The notes under the pieces were generated by a model that did not search any database, was not told the origin of the DNA, and saw only the letters and a program-made list of their open reading frames with translations. A stretch of 64,000 nucleotides of DNA from Candidatus Aldehydirespiratoraceae bacterium (GTDB lineage Bacteria; Actinomycetota; Acidimicrobiia; Acidimicrobiales; Aldehydirespiratoraceae). This document shows positions 18,362 to 27,930 of the stretch, piece after piece. Position numbers and translations under genes: made by a program. Where the stretch lies: contig JBLIOE010000020.1 in assembly GCA_047639555.1 (NCBI GenBank), positions 4,100 to 68,099 of the forward strand. Direction: 5' to 3'. Positions within the stretch are counted from its first letter, which is position 1, and each line of letters begins with the position of its first letter.

Positions 18362-19747
18362 TTACTCGGCGAAGGCAGCTTCGAAGAGGGCAACGGTGTC
18401 GATCCAGTCGGTGATGAACTCGAGATCGTCCTGGGAAGATCCGTTGATCGTCATGAGTGTCTGCTGGGGTGCACACAGCGACGGCAGACCGGGCACCTGG
18501 TTGCCGTCACAGGTGTAGTTGTGGCCCCAGAAGCTCTCGCGATCCACGGAGTTCTGCAACGCATCGACGACGCCCTCGCTCGTAATGTTGTCGGCGCCGA
18601 GTTCGATCAGGATTGCGTAGAGGTTCATCATTCCGCGGAAGGCAACGGTGCCCGCCGCTTGTGCGTTGCCATTGTTGTATTCGTTCGATGCGAAGTCGAA
18701 GATTTGCCCCTCGACATCGTCGGTGTCGGGCGGACCTTCGCTATTGAAGACCACACCGATGTTGGCGCCGTCGGCCTCGGCAATGATTTCTTCGGCCGCA
18801 CACGCCCCGAACATGTAGAGGGTGCCTTCGAAGCCAAGATCGCGGAAGCCTTGCATCACGGGGACGCAGGCGGCATCGGCGGCATTGATGACGACCGCAT
18901 CAGCCCCGAACGACTTTGCGTCGTTCAGCACTCGGGTGTAGTCGGCGCCGAACAATGGGAAGGCGTTGAGTCGCACTTCCATGCCCAGGCTCTCCGCGAC
19001 GCGAGCGCCGTATTCTTCGGCGGCAACCGCAAACGATTCGAAGTCGCCGTAGGCGATGAAGGCCTTCTCGTAACCCTGGTCGGAGGCGTGCTGCATCATG
19101 GCCGCCATGCCGCCGGCGGTTCCGCCGGAGAAGGCGAACGAGGAGGGGCTACGCTGCTCGGCGAGTCCTGCGGGGATGCCGCCGACGATCGGGAGACCGT
19201 TCTGTTCGAGGACGGGAAGGGCGCCGGAGGCGAGAACGTCGAGGCCGCCGACAAGGGCGACTACTTCTTTGAGCACGAGTTCCTGGGCGCAACCCTGGGA
19301 GCTTTCGACGCTGAAGTTCGTTGCGCACGGGAAGAGCTGGATCGGACGACCCTCGACACCGCCGAGTTCGGCGTTGATGAAGTTGACGGCGGCGTCGGCG
19401 GCGAAGCGGAGCTCGGGAAAGGAGCCCGCTGGTGAGTCTTCCTGGTTGATGATGCCGATCTTGATCGGCTCGAGCGTGGCGTCGGCTTCGACCGGGAGAT
19501 CAGGGATCGTGCCGAGGAACCACTCTTCGCCCGCGAGGCGTTCGACGATCGAGGTGCCGTCGCCCTCGGGAACGGACTCGACCGGGTCCGGCGTGTCAGG
19601 CGTCGTGTCGTCGGTCGGCGTCGCCGTGGTGGTTGTGGAGGCGGAGTCGGTGGTTTCGGTTGCCGGTTCGCTGCAGGCGGCCGCGAACAGGGCAAGGATG
19701 CCGAGACTCACCAACAGACGGTTACGTGCAGCTTTGGCCAACGACAT
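18362..19747 (-). CDS. ABC transporter substrate-binding lipoprotein (LivJ/K-like, type I periplasmic binding fold)
   Basis: Lipobox LFAAAC followed by a Thr/Asp-rich linker and a binding-protein-like body. It lies 15 nt upstream of the permease gene. Confidence 0.8.
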   Translation of the reverse strand: MSLAKAARNRLLVSLGILALFAAACSEPATETTDSASTTTTATPTDDTTPDTPDPVESVPEGDGTSIVERLAGEEWFLGTIPDLPVEADATLEPIKIGIINQEDSPAGSFPELRFAADAAVNFINAELGGVEGRPIQLFPCATNFSVESSQGCAQELVLKEVVALVGGLDVLASGALPVLEQNGLPIVGGIPAGLAEQRSPSSFAFSGGTAGGMAAMMQHASDQGYEKAFIAYGDFESFAVAAEEYGARVAESLGMEVRLNAFPLFGADYTRVLNDAKSFGADAVVINAADAACVPVMQGFRDLGFEGTLYMFGACAAEEIIAEADGANIGVVFNSEGPPDTDDVEGQIFDFASNEYNNGNAQAAGTVAFRGMMNLYAILIELGADNITSEGVVDALQNSVDRESFWGHNYTCDGNQVPGLPSLCAPQQTLMTINGSSQDDLEFITDWIDTVALFEAAFAE

Positions 19748-19865
19748 TTGAATTCCCCCACGGTTCAGTCACGGACGATAGTCCGCGTCGACTTAACAGT
19801 GTTAACCCAGTGAGGTATGTTTCGACAAGCGCTTCTTTGCGCCGCACCGAAACCGGGGGACATTT

Positions 19866-21209
19866 ATGACTACGACCGAGGCAAACACCACTGAATCTGG
19901 CACCGAGCTGCCGTGGCACCTGCAGGGCAACTACGGCCCGATCAAGGAGGAGCTGAGCGTCCACGACCTCAAGGTCGAAGGCGAGATCCCCGCCGAGATC
20001 GACGGCGTCTACATGCGCAACGGGTTCAACCCGATCAGCGGATTTAGCGATCACTGGTTCTTCGGTGACGGCATGGTCCACGCGGTCGACATTCGCGACG
20101 GCAAGGCCTCGATCCACAACCGTTACGTGCGCACACCAGCGCTCGAAGGCGGCGCCGACGGCATGTCGATGGACCCGGCGAACTCGCCGGCCAACACCAA
20201 CATCGTGTCGCACGCGGGCCGTCTCTTCGCCGTGAACGAGGGCTTTGCTCCGTATGAGATGGACCATGATCTCAACACCATCGGGATGGAGAACTTCGAT
20301 GGGCAGATCGTTGGACCCTTTACCGCGCACCCCAAGATCTGCCCGGTGACCGGCGAAATGTTGGCCTTTGGTTACAGCGTCGTTGGGCCCGAGTTCCTTC
20401 GCTACTACCGATTTGATGCGGCGGGCACGCTGGTGCAGGCCGAGCCGATCACACTCCCCTCCGGCGTGATGATGCACGACTTCAACATCACGCGAAACCA
20501 TGTCGTCTGGATGGATCTCCCGGTCTGTTTCAGCCTCGACAAGGCCATCGCGGGCGAAGCCCCGTTTGGTTGGAATCCCGACAACGGATCTCGTCTTGGC
20601 GTCATGCCGCGCAACGGCGGCGATGCCGACGTCCGCTGGTTCGACGTTGAGCCGGGCTACGTCCTGCATCCGGTGAACTCCTGGGAAGAGGGCGACAAGA
20701 TCGTGATGGTCGTTTGCCGCCTCGACACGTTCATGGACGGTGGCTTCGACGACATCTCGGGCAAGGCCGAACTCTGGCGCTGGACCATCGACCTCGCGGC
20801 CGGCACCGTCAAGGAAGAACATCTCGACGACCGCAAGTCCGACTTCCCTCGCATCAATGATCGCCTCGTCGGGTTACCGGCTCGCTTCGGCTACACCCAG
20901 CAGCTCGGTCACACCGCCGACAACCCGTCGATGGGCCAGGAGCTCTACAAGTACGACCTTCAGACCGGCATCCCCGAGGTCCACCGGCTCGGCAACGTCA
21001 ACGGCGGCGAGCCGGTCTTCGTGCCTCGTGGCAAAGACGGTGCCGAAGACGACGGCTGGATCGTGCTCTTTGGCCACGATCTCGACACCGACGTCAGCGA
21101 GTTCCGCATCATCGATGCCCAGGACTTCAGTGGTCCACCCGTCGCTCGGGTGTTCTCTCCGCAGCGGGTGCCCTACGGCGCCCACGGCAACTGGATGCCC
21201 CGCGGCTGA
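19866..21209 (+). CDS. carotenoid/stilbene cleavage oxygenase family protein
   Basis: NYGPIKEE...EGEIPAEIDGVYMRNGFNP, HWFFGDGMVHAV, ANTNIVSHAGRLFAVNEG and MMHDFNITRNH (the four-His iron ligand pattern). Confidence 0.85.
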   Translation: MTTTEANTTESGTELPWHLQGNYGPIKEELSVHDLKVEGEIPAEIDGVYMRNGFNPISGFSDHWFFGDGMVHAVDIRDGKASIHNRYVRTPALEGGADGMSMDPANSPANTNIVSHAGRLFAVNEGFAPYEMDHDLNTIGMENFDGQIVGPFTAHPKICPVTGEMLAFGYSVVGPEFLRYYRFDAAGTLVQAEPITLPSGVMMHDFNITRNHVVWMDLPVCFSLDKAIAGEAPFGWNPDNGSRLGVMPRNGGDADVRWFDVEPGYVLHPVNSWEEGDKIVMVVCRLDTFMDGGFDDISGKAELWRWTIDLAAGTVKEEHLDDRKSDFPRINDRLVGLPARFGYTQQLGHTADNPSMGQELYKYDLQTGIPEVHRLGNVNGGEPVFVPRGKDGAEDDGWIVLFGHDLDTDVSEFRIIDAQDFSGPPVARVFSPQRVPYGAHGNWMPRG

Positions 21210-22759
21210 TGGCGATTCTCCTCGACAAACATGTCGCCGAGCACCCGGATCGACCGGCTCTGGTTGACGAATCCGGCTCCACAACCTGGAGTGAGCTGAA
21301 GACCCGGGTCACCCGCCTGTCTCGCGCCTTTGCCGATCGTGGCATCGGCTCGGGCGACACCATTGTGGTGATGATGGGCAACCGTCGCGAGATCTACGAA
21401 GTCCTTCTCGCGGCGGCCCACACGGGATTCACGGTCGTGCCGGTCAACTGGCACTGGGTGGCCGATGAGCTCGCCTATGTGATCGACGACTCCGGCGCCC
21501 GCGCTCTCATTGTCGACGAACGTTTCGTGGAGATTGCCGAAGTGGCCCTCGCCGATGAACGATCGAACACGATTGAGTTCAGTGCGGTTGCCGGACCCGG
21601 TTCCCTTGATGCCTACGAGGACCTCGTGGCATCGGGTTCCGACGAACCCCTCGAAGAGCAGCTTCTCGGTGGTCCGATGTTCTACACATCCGGTACTACT
21701 GGTCGGCCGAAGGGTGTGCGCGGCATGCTCTCCGGGGGCCAGGGGATTCCGTCAGAGATCTTCGCGCTGATCTGTTCGAGCATGGACGCCTACGTTCCCG
21801 CCAGTGGCACAACACTGCTCGCCGGTCCCGCTTACCACTCGGCCCAGTGGGCCTTCAGCTTCATGCCGCTGGTGAACGGTTCGACGGTCGTGATGCGACA
21901 CAAGTACGACGCGGCCGAAACCCTTCGGCTCATCGATGAGTACGAGGTGACCAACGTCCACCTGGTGCCCACCCAGTTCAAACGCATGCTTGATCTCGAC
22001 GAAGCGGTTCGCTCGTCGTTCGACGGATCGTCGCTCACCGCAATGTGGCATGGCGCGGCGCCGTGTCCGGCGCCATGGAAGCGGGCGATGATCGATTGGA
22101 TCGGCCCGGTCGTCCACGAGTACTACGGCTCGACCGAGGGCGCGTTTATCTCCGTGATCCACTCTCCCGACTGGCTCGAAAAGGGCGGCAGCGTCGGGCG
22201 GCCACTTGAGTCGATGGAGGTGTTCGTCGTTGATGACGACGGCAACCATCTCGAAGCCAACAAGACCGGCACGCTCTATTTCAAGAGCGCGATGGGCAGC
22301 GATTTCGAGTACCACAACGACCCGGAGAAGACGGCGGAGGCTCACCTCGAGCCCGGCGTCTTCACCACGGGTGATGTCGGCCACATCGATGACGACGGCT
22401 ACCTCTGGTTGTCTGATCGCAAGATCGACATGATCATCTCCGGCGGCGTCAACATCTACCCGGCTGAGATCGAAGCAGTGTTGGCCGACCACCCCGCCGT
22501 CAGCGATGTTGCCGTCATTGGTGTGCCGAACGAAGAGTTCGGCGAAGAGGTCAAGGCGATCGTCCAGCTCTCCGACGGCGGGTTCGACGCCGACGGAGTC
22601 GCGGCCGCATTGCTGGCCGCGTGCAGCGAGAAGCTCGCCGGTTACAAGCGGCCCCGGTCGGTTGACTTCATCGATGAGATGCCGAGAACGGGCACGGGCA
22701 AGATTCTGAAGCGCGAGCTGCGGGAGCCTTACTGGGCCGATTCCGGGCGAGCGATCTAA
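21209..22759 (+). CDS. AMP-dependent acyl-CoA synthetase/ligase
   Basis: MFYTSGTTGRPKGV, YYGSTEG, TGDVGHIDDDGYLWLSDRKIDMIISGG, GKILKREL. The start overlaps the upstream stop (TGATG). Confidence 0.9.
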   Translation: MAILLDKHVAEHPDRPALVDESGSTTWSELKTRVTRLSRAFADRGIGSGDTIVVMMGNRREIYEVLLAAAHTGFTVVPVNWHWVADELAYVIDDSGARALIVDERFVEIAEVALADERSNTIEFSAVAGPGSLDAYEDLVASGSDEPLEEQLLGGPMFYTSGTTGRPKGVRGMLSGGQGIPSEIFALICSSMDAYVPASGTTLLAGPAYHSAQWAFSFMPLVNGSTVVMRHKYDAAETLRLIDEYEVTNVHLVPTQFKRMLDLDEAVRSSFDGSSLTAMWHGAAPCPAPWKRAMIDWIGPVVHEYYGSTEGAFISVIHSPDWLEKGGSVGRPLESMEVFVVDDDGNHLEANKTGTLYFKSAMGSDFEYHNDPEKTAEAHLEPGVFTTGDVGHIDDDGYLWLSDRKIDMIISGGVNIYPAEIEAVLADHPAVSDVAVIGVPNEEFGEEVKAIVQLSDGGFDADGVAAALLAACSEKLAGYKRPRSVDFIDEMPRTGTGKILKRELREPYWADSGRAI

Positions 22760-22765
22760 ATCCGC

Positions 22766-23185
22766 CTACCCCAGCCAGCCGGTCGGGATCGATCCCGCCT
22801 GTAGGCGCAATACCCAGAGTCCGATCGCCAGGATGGCGTTCGCGACGACAACCGGCAGCAGCAGCTGTCGGAGCCGCTCGCGCCACGCCGGGGCGAACAC
22901 AAGGACCACGCCGACGATGACGCACTGGACGGCGAGCAGCACCACCCACGGGTGGTGCTGCCACGCGCCAACAACGTCGCCTCGGCCCAGGCGGTGGAGA
23001 GCTCGGGTGCCGCCGCAGCCGGGGCAATAGCCGCCCGTGCATCGACGGAACGGGCAGATGGCGAAACCGTCGTCGCCCGACGCGGTGATGATGAGCACGC
23101 CACCGACAACACTCGCGATTGCTACCGGAAAGGCGGCGAATGTTTGATCAGCCGAGATAGCTGGCTTCGATTTGGCTTGGGTCAT
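22766..23185 (-). CDS. DUF2752-type small membrane protein
   Basis: CPFRRCTGGYCPGCGGTRALHRL followed by hydrophobic helices. The start is uncertain (23185 or 23227), and both options overlap the 3' end of livF. Confidence 0.6.
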   Translation of the reverse strand: MTQAKSKPAISADQTFAAFPVAIASVVGGVLIITASGDDGFAICPFRRCTGGYCPGCGGTRALHRLGRGDVVGAWQHHPWVVLLAVQCVIVGVVLVFAPAWRERLRQLLLPVVVANAILAIGLWVLRLQAGSIPTGWLG

Positions 23186-23855
23186 CACGGAACGAGGCGG
23201 CATCGCCGTCGAGCACGACTTCGCCATTGGCGAGAACGACGGCCCGGTCGGCCAGTTCGAGCGCGAGATGGATGTGTTGTTCGACCACGATCACTGCGGC
23301 GTTGAGTTCGTCGGCGACTCGGCGAACCACCGGCAACATCTCCTCAACGATGACGGGCGCGAGGCCCAGGCTCATCTCGTCGACGAGCAGTAACTGGGGG
23401 CCGGTGACAATCGCCCGGGCCACGGCCAGCATTTGTTGCTCGCCACCAGAGAGAAGACCGGCTTGGCGGTTCATGAGGGGACCAAGGGGCGGGAAGACAT
23501 CGACCGCACGGTCGTAGGCCGCGGCGCGGTCTTTGCGTTTGAGACCCGTGGCGAGGCGGAGGTTTTCTCTTACTGAGAGGCCGGGGAACAACGATCGGTC
23601 TTCGGCGACGTGGGCAACGCCGCGTCGCGCCACCGTGAACGGGCGACGGCTGTCGGTGGGTGCGCCGAGGACCGAGACAGATCCGGAGATCGCCGGGAGC
23701 AGCCCGGAGATCGTTCGCAGCGTGGTGGTTTTGCCGGCACCATTCGGACCGAGAAGGGCAACCACTTCGCCAGCATGAACAGTGAGGTTGAGACCGCGAA
23801 CCACGGGAACGCCGTTGTAGCCCGCTTCGAGCTGTTCGATCTTGAGGACGCTCAT
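23148..23855 (-). CDS. livF: HAAT-family ABC transporter ATP-binding protein (LivF-like)
   Basis: MSVLKIEQLEAGYNG..., Walker A GPNGAGKTTT, LSGGEQQML, LLLVDEMSLGLAP. ATG 23855 overlaps the livG stop (ATGA). Confidence 0.85.
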   Translation of the reverse strand: MSVLKIEQLEAGYNGVPVVRGLNLTVHAGEVVALLGPNGAGKTTTLRTISGLLPAISGSVSVLGAPTDSRRPFTVARRGVAHVAEDRSLFPGLSVRENLRLATGLKRKDRAAAYDRAVDVFPPLGPLMNRQAGLLSGGEQQMLAVARAIVTGPQLLLVDEMSLGLAPVIVEEMLPVVRRVADELNAAVIVVEQHIHLALELADRAVVLANGEVVLDGDAASFRDDPSQIEASYLG

Positions 23856-24607
23856 GTCTGCTCCGCGGTTCGACCGAGATAGGCCGCGACCACCGCCGGG
23901 TCGTTTCGAATTTCGTCGGCCGTGCCACTCGCGATGACCTCGCCGAAGTCGAGCACATGAATGTGGTCGCACACTTCGAGCACCAACCCCATGTCGTGAT
24001 CGATCAGGAAAACCGTGATGCCGGTGGCCGCGACGGCCTGGAGCTGGGCGCCAAGCGCTCGGCTTTCGGCGGAGTCGAGGCCGGCGGCCGGCTCGTCGAG
24101 CAGGAGGACTTTGGGTGATGCAGCAACGGCCCGGGCGACACCGACGAGGCGGCGGGTGCCGTGGCTGAGATCGGACGGCATCCGGTGGCGGTCGTCGGTG
24201 AGGCCGAGAAGTTCGAGTGCGGCTTCTACCGCGGGGATGGGCTTTGGGTTCCGGGTTGGTCGGATCGCGTCGACCAGAAACTGCCACCAGGGAGTACGCA
24301 CGGCCGCGGCGGCGAGATTGTCTTCGACCGAGAGGTCCTCGAAGAGTTCCAGGGTTTGGAAGGTGCGGACGAGGCCGCGTTGGGCCCGCTGGCTGGCGGG
24401 AAGACCGGACACCTCTGCGCCGTCGAGTGTGACATGGCCCGAGGACGGCACCATGCCGGTGACGGCGTCGATAAAGGTGGTCTTCCCGGCGCCGTTCGGC
24501 CCGATAAGGCCGGTGATCGCGCCGGGACGAACTTCGACTGACACGCTCGAGAGCGCGTGGATTCCGCCAAAGGAGACGGAGAGTCCGCGGGTGTGGAGAC
24601 TGGACAT
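23852..24607 (-). CDS. livG: HAAT-family ABC transporter ATP-binding protein (LivG-like)
   Basis: GLIGPNGAGKTTF, LSHGTRRLVGVARA, LLLDEPAAGL. The preferred start is ATG 24607 (MSSLHTRGLSV). The longer start at 24661 would overlap the SDR gene. Confidence 0.85.
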   Translation of the reverse strand: MSSLHTRGLSVSFGGIHALSSVSVEVRPGAITGLIGPNGAGKTTFIDAVTGMVPSSGHVTLDGAEVSGLPASQRAQRGLVRTFQTLELFEDLSVEDNLAAAAVRTPWWQFLVDAIRPTRNPKPIPAVEAALELLGLTDDRHRMPSDLSHGTRRLVGVARAVAASPKVLLLDEPAAGLDSAESRALGAQLQAVAATGITVFLIDHDMGLVLEVCDHIHVLDFGEVIASGTADEIRNDPAVVAAYLGRTAEQT

Positions 24608-24629
24608 TGCTTGCACGGTACTGACTGAG

Positions 24630-25403
24630 TCAGACCGCGGTCCACCCGCCGTCGACAGCAATGATGCTTCCGGTCATAAACGAGCTGGCATCACCGGCGA
24701 GAAGGAGGAGGACACCGTCGAGTTCGCCTTCGACTCCGGCCCGGCCCATCGGGGCGCCGTTCTCCATGTAGGCAGTGGAGCTGGTTTCGGCAAACATCTC
24801 TTCGTTCATCTCGGTTTCGAACCACCCGGGGGCGATCGCGTTGACCCGTACGCCCTTGCGGGCCCACTCCGAAGCGAGCTCGCGAGTGAGGTTGTGGATG
24901 CCGCCCTTCGCGGCGGCATAGCCGGGCACACGAAGTTTGCCGCCGCCGACGAATCCGAGCACGCTGCCGATGTTGATGATGCTCAGCGGGTGGCCGGCGG
25001 GAATCGCCCAGGCGGCCGCGGCTCGGGCGACGGCGTAGGGGGCGACGAGGTCGATCTCGATCTCGCGCCGAAACGCGGCGGCATCGAATTGCAACGCCGG
25101 AGTGGCGGTGCTGGTGCCCGCGTTGTTCACCACGATGTCGACGCGGCCGTAGTGCGCCACCGCGGCATCGACGAGTTCGTCGGCCGCCCCATCGGCGGTG
25201 ATATCGAGGGGGACGGGAAGGGCGTCGGGTAGTTCGTCGGCCAGGGCGGCGAGGCGGTCGGCGCGGCGAGCGGTGATCACAACCTTGGCGCCGACGGATG
25301 CGAGAGTTTGGGCGAAGCGAACGCCGAGGCCAGAACTTGCGCCGGTGACAATGGCGACTCGATCATCGAGACGGAAGCGGTCGAGAGGGTTCGTAGGGCT
25401 CAT
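24630..25403 (-). CDS. SDR-family oxidoreductase (FabG-like)
   Basis: VAIVTGASSGLG, NNAG, YAAAKGG. The start overlaps the modC-like stop (ATGA). Confidence 0.85.
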   Translation of the reverse strand: MSPTNPLDRFRLDDRVAIVTGASSGLGVRFAQTLASVGAKVVITARRADRLAALADELPDALPVPLDITADGAADELVDAAVAHYGRVDIVVNNAGTSTATPALQFDAAAFRREIEIDLVAPYAVARAAAAWAIPAGHPLSIINIGSVLGFVGGGKLRVPGYAAAKGGIHNLTRELASEWARKGVRVNAIAPGWFETEMNEEMFAETSSTAYMENGAPMGRAGVEGELDGVLLLLAGDASSFMTGSIIAVDGGWTAV

Positions 25404-26047
25404 CGCTTCCGATTCTGCTCCACGCGGCCCTCGTCCACTGCGATCCGGCGATCGCCGCGGTCGGCGTCATCGGGATCGTGGGTCACCCAGAGAACCATCG
25501 AGTGTGGTGCGGTGATGATGAGTTCGCGGAGTGTGCCCCGCGACTCCTCATCGGTCGCGGCGAGCGGCTCATCGAGCAGAAGGATGTCGGCCGGCGTGGC
25601 GAGTGCTCGCGCCAGGGCCACCCGTTGTTGCTGGCCGACGCTGAGTTGTGTCGGGCGACTGGATGCCTGCTCGTACAAGCCGACGGTGGCCAGTTGAGTC
25701 TGCGCCTGAGTTGAGGCTGCGGCCCTTTTGATGCCGCGACGACGGAGGGGAAATGCGACGTTGTCGCGAGCGCTCAGGTGGGGGAACAACCGATGGTCTT
25801 GGAACACGTAGGCGATGGAGCGTTGATGAGGCGGGACGAAGGTGCCGGCCGCATCGTCCATCGTGTGTCCATCAATGGTGAGCTGGCCCGCGTCAAGCCG
25901 TTCGAGGCCGGCGATGAGTCGCAAGAGGCTGGTCTTCCCGGCACCATTCGCGCCGGTGATCATGGTGAGGCCTGCTTCGAGCGAGAGATCGAGCTGCAGT
26001 GAGAGGTCGCCCCGTTGCATCTGGCCGGAGACCTTGATGGAGCTCAT
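25400..26047 (-). CDS. modC: molybdate-type ABC transporter ATP-binding protein, short form without C-terminal TOBE domain
   Basis: GANGAGKTSLLRLIAGL, LSVGQQQRVALARA, LLLDEPLAA. ATG 26047 overlaps the modB stop. Confidence 0.75.
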   Translation of the reverse strand: MSSIKVSGQMQRGDLSLQLDLSLEAGLTMITGANGAGKTSLLRLIAGLERLDAGQLTIDGHTMDDAAGTFVPPHQRSIAYVFQDHRLFPHLSARDNVAFPLRRRGIKRAAASTQAQTQLATVGLYEQASSRPTQLSVGQQQRVALARALATPADILLLDEPLAATDEESRGTLRELIITAPHSMVLWVTHDPDDADRGDRRIAVDEGRVEQNRKR

Positions 26048-26832
26048 CGGGCGAACCACTTCCCGCGCAGTGCAATCAAGACGGTAAGACTGACGGCGAG
26101 GAGAAGAACGCTGATCGCCACCGCCGATTCGGGATCGCTCTCAAGAGCAAGAAATGTCTCGAGTGGAAGGGTGCGAGTGCGCCCGCCGAGACTTCCGGCG
26201 AAAGTGATCGTTGCACCGAACTCGCCCAATGCCCGGGCCCACGACAGGGCGAGGCCCGCCGCGATCGCACCCCGCTGCGTCGGCAGCGTGACGTGCATGA
26301 AGGTCGCCCAGGGTGACGCACCAACGGTGGCGGCCGCCTCGTCCAGGTTGGTGCCTTGTTCGCGAAGCGAGGATTCGAGTGTCGTGATGAAGAAGGGAAG
26401 CGCCACGAACGTCGCAGCGACGATGGCACCGGCCGTTGTGAAGGGCAGGGTGATCCCGAGGCCGCGGTCGAGCCATTCGCCGAAGAAGCCGCGGCGGCCG
26501 AGTGCGAAGAGCAATGCGGTGCCGCCAACGACGGGCGGCAACACCATCGGCAAGAGCACGAAGGCCCGGAGTACGCCGATGCCTCGTCGCTCGCTGTGAG
26601 CCAGGACCCACGCAAGGGGAAGCCCGAGGATGAGGCACAAGGCCGCGGCAGATGCACTGACCACGAGCGAGACGCGCATGGCGTCGAGAACCGCATCGCT
26701 GGTGAGGCGCTCGATCAGGCTCGACCATGGGGCTTCCAGGAGAAGCCCGACGACCGGGAGCACGAGCAGCGCAACCGCGAGGACGGCGGGAACAATGAGT
26801 GGTCGCGGAATCGTTCGACGTGGGGTGGTCAT
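26044..26832 (-). CDS. modB: molybdate ABC transporter permease
   Basis: CysTW/ModB-like: LPMVLPPVVGGTALLFALGRRGFFG and EAAATVGASPWATFMHVTLP (EAA loop). Confidence 0.8.
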   Translation of the reverse strand: MTTPRRTIPRPLIVPAVLAVALLVLPVVGLLLEAPWSSLIERLTSDAVLDAMRVSLVVSASAAALCLILGLPLAWVLAHSERRGIGVLRAFVLLPMVLPPVVGGTALLFALGRRGFFGEWLDRGLGITLPFTTAGAIVAATFVALPFFITTLESSLREQGTNLDEAAATVGASPWATFMHVTLPTQRGAIAAGLALSWARALGEFGATITFAGSLGGRTRTLPLETFLALESDPESAVAISVLLLAVSLTVLIALRGKWFAR

Positions 26833-27536
26833 GGCCGTTCGAACCCGTGGCCGGTGAGCGCGGCTTGGCCGGCAGGGGAGTGGAGATAGTCGACAATGCC
26901 GACATCGCCATCGCCCACGCGGGCGGCCGGGTACTCCGTGGTGAAGTCGGCGAGCGTGTCGTCGTCGACCGTCTCGAGATCGAAGGCGAGTGCATCGGTG
27001 GCGTAGATCAGTCCGCCGTGGAGTTCGCCGGTGTCGATTTTGACCGTCAACGAACGAACGTTGGCCTCTTCGGTGTCGGCGAGAATCGTGATGCCGAGCG
27101 TCTCGGTGGCCTCTCGGGCCAAACGGCCGCAGGGCACCTCCGGCGCGCAGACTCCGAGCAGTAGTGACCCGTTGTCGAGATCGTCGACCGAAGCAATCTC
27201 TCCGGGGTTCCCGGGAGCAACCGCCAGCACGAGGCGGTTGCGCGCAACGATCCCCAGGTCTTCCACGACGAGACCATGGTCGCGAGCGCGCTGCATCGTC
27301 TCTTCATCGGCGGTCACGAGAACGGCGGCGTCGGCGCCGTCTTCGAGTTGCGCGACCAAACGGGCGCTGCCCGCGAAGACGAACTCGGGAGCGTCGAGGC
27401 CCTCGGCTTCCTCGGCCACTTCGCTGACGAAACTCATCGACGAGGGGAAGAACGCGAGCGACGCGTCACCGGAACCGCTCGCCCCGCATCCGCTAAGGGT
27501 CAGCGCGGCCATCGCCGCGAGCACTCCACGGTTCAT
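26829..27536 (-). CDS. modA: molybdate ABC transporter substrate-binding lipoprotein
   Basis: Signal/lipobox LTLSGC. The size and its position ahead of modB/modC fit ModA. Confidence 0.7.
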   Translation of the reverse strand: MNRGVLAAMAALTLSGCGASGSGDASLAFFPSSMSFVSEVAEEAEGLDAPEFVFAGSARLVAQLEDGADAAVLVTADEETMQRARDHGLVVEDLGIVARNRLVLAVAPGNPGEIASVDDLDNGSLLLGVCAPEVPCGRLAREATETLGITILADTEEANVRSLTVKIDTGELHGGLIYATDALAFDLETVDDDTLADFTTEYPAARVGDGDVGIVDYLHSPAGQAALTGHGFERP

Positions 27537-27922
27537 GGTCTTTCGACAATGACGTTGGTCGACTTGATCGACGCGACCGCGGGTGCACCCGGTTCGAGCC
27601 CGAGTGCATCAACGGCTTCCGCAGAGATGAGCGACACGATTCGGTGCGGTCCCGCCTGGATTTCGACCTGTGCCATCACGGTGTCGCGGACGACACGAGT
27701 GACCAGTCCGGGGAAGCGATTTCGAGCGGACACGGTGGCGGCTTCGTTGGCGGGGGCGTCGCCGAGTTCGAGAGCCAGCCGCGCCAGTTCGGTGCCTTCA
27801 ACTTCGCGATGGCCACCCGCGGTGCGCGTGGTCGCGAGTCGTCCTTGGTCGGCCCAGCGGCGGACGGTGTCGGGGCTCACGCCGAGCAAACGCGCGGCGT
27901 CGCCCATTCGAAACTGATGCAT
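27533..27922 (-). CDS. MerR/excisionase-type HTH fused to a TOBE (Mop, molybdate-binding) domain; putative molybdate-responsive regulator
   Basis: N-terminus MGDAARLLGVSPDTVRRWADQGRL. C-terminus SARNRFPGLVTRVVRDTVMAQVEIQAGPHRIVSLIS (TOBE-like). It is the first gene of the mod cluster. Confidence 0.7.
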   Translation of the reverse strand: MHQFRMGDAARLLGVSPDTVRRWADQGRLATTRTAGGHREVEGTELARLALELGDAPANEAATVSARNRFPGLVTRVVRDTVMAQVEIQAGPHRIVSLISAEAVDALGLEPGAPAVASIKSTNVIVERP

Positions 27923-27930
27923 GCGAGATA

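Noticed and set aside
18128-19435. 435-aa plus-strand ORF
   Set aside because: It is antisense to the binding-protein and permease genes. It is Gly/Asp/Glu/Val-rich, mirroring the opposite-strand codons, and has no motifs.
19722-20822. 366-aa minus-strand ORF
   Set aside because: It is antisense to the carotenoid oxygenase gene, which has the diagnostic His-containing motifs.
24015-25232. 405-aa plus-strand ORF
   Set aside because: It is antisense to the livG and SDR genes and is low complexity.
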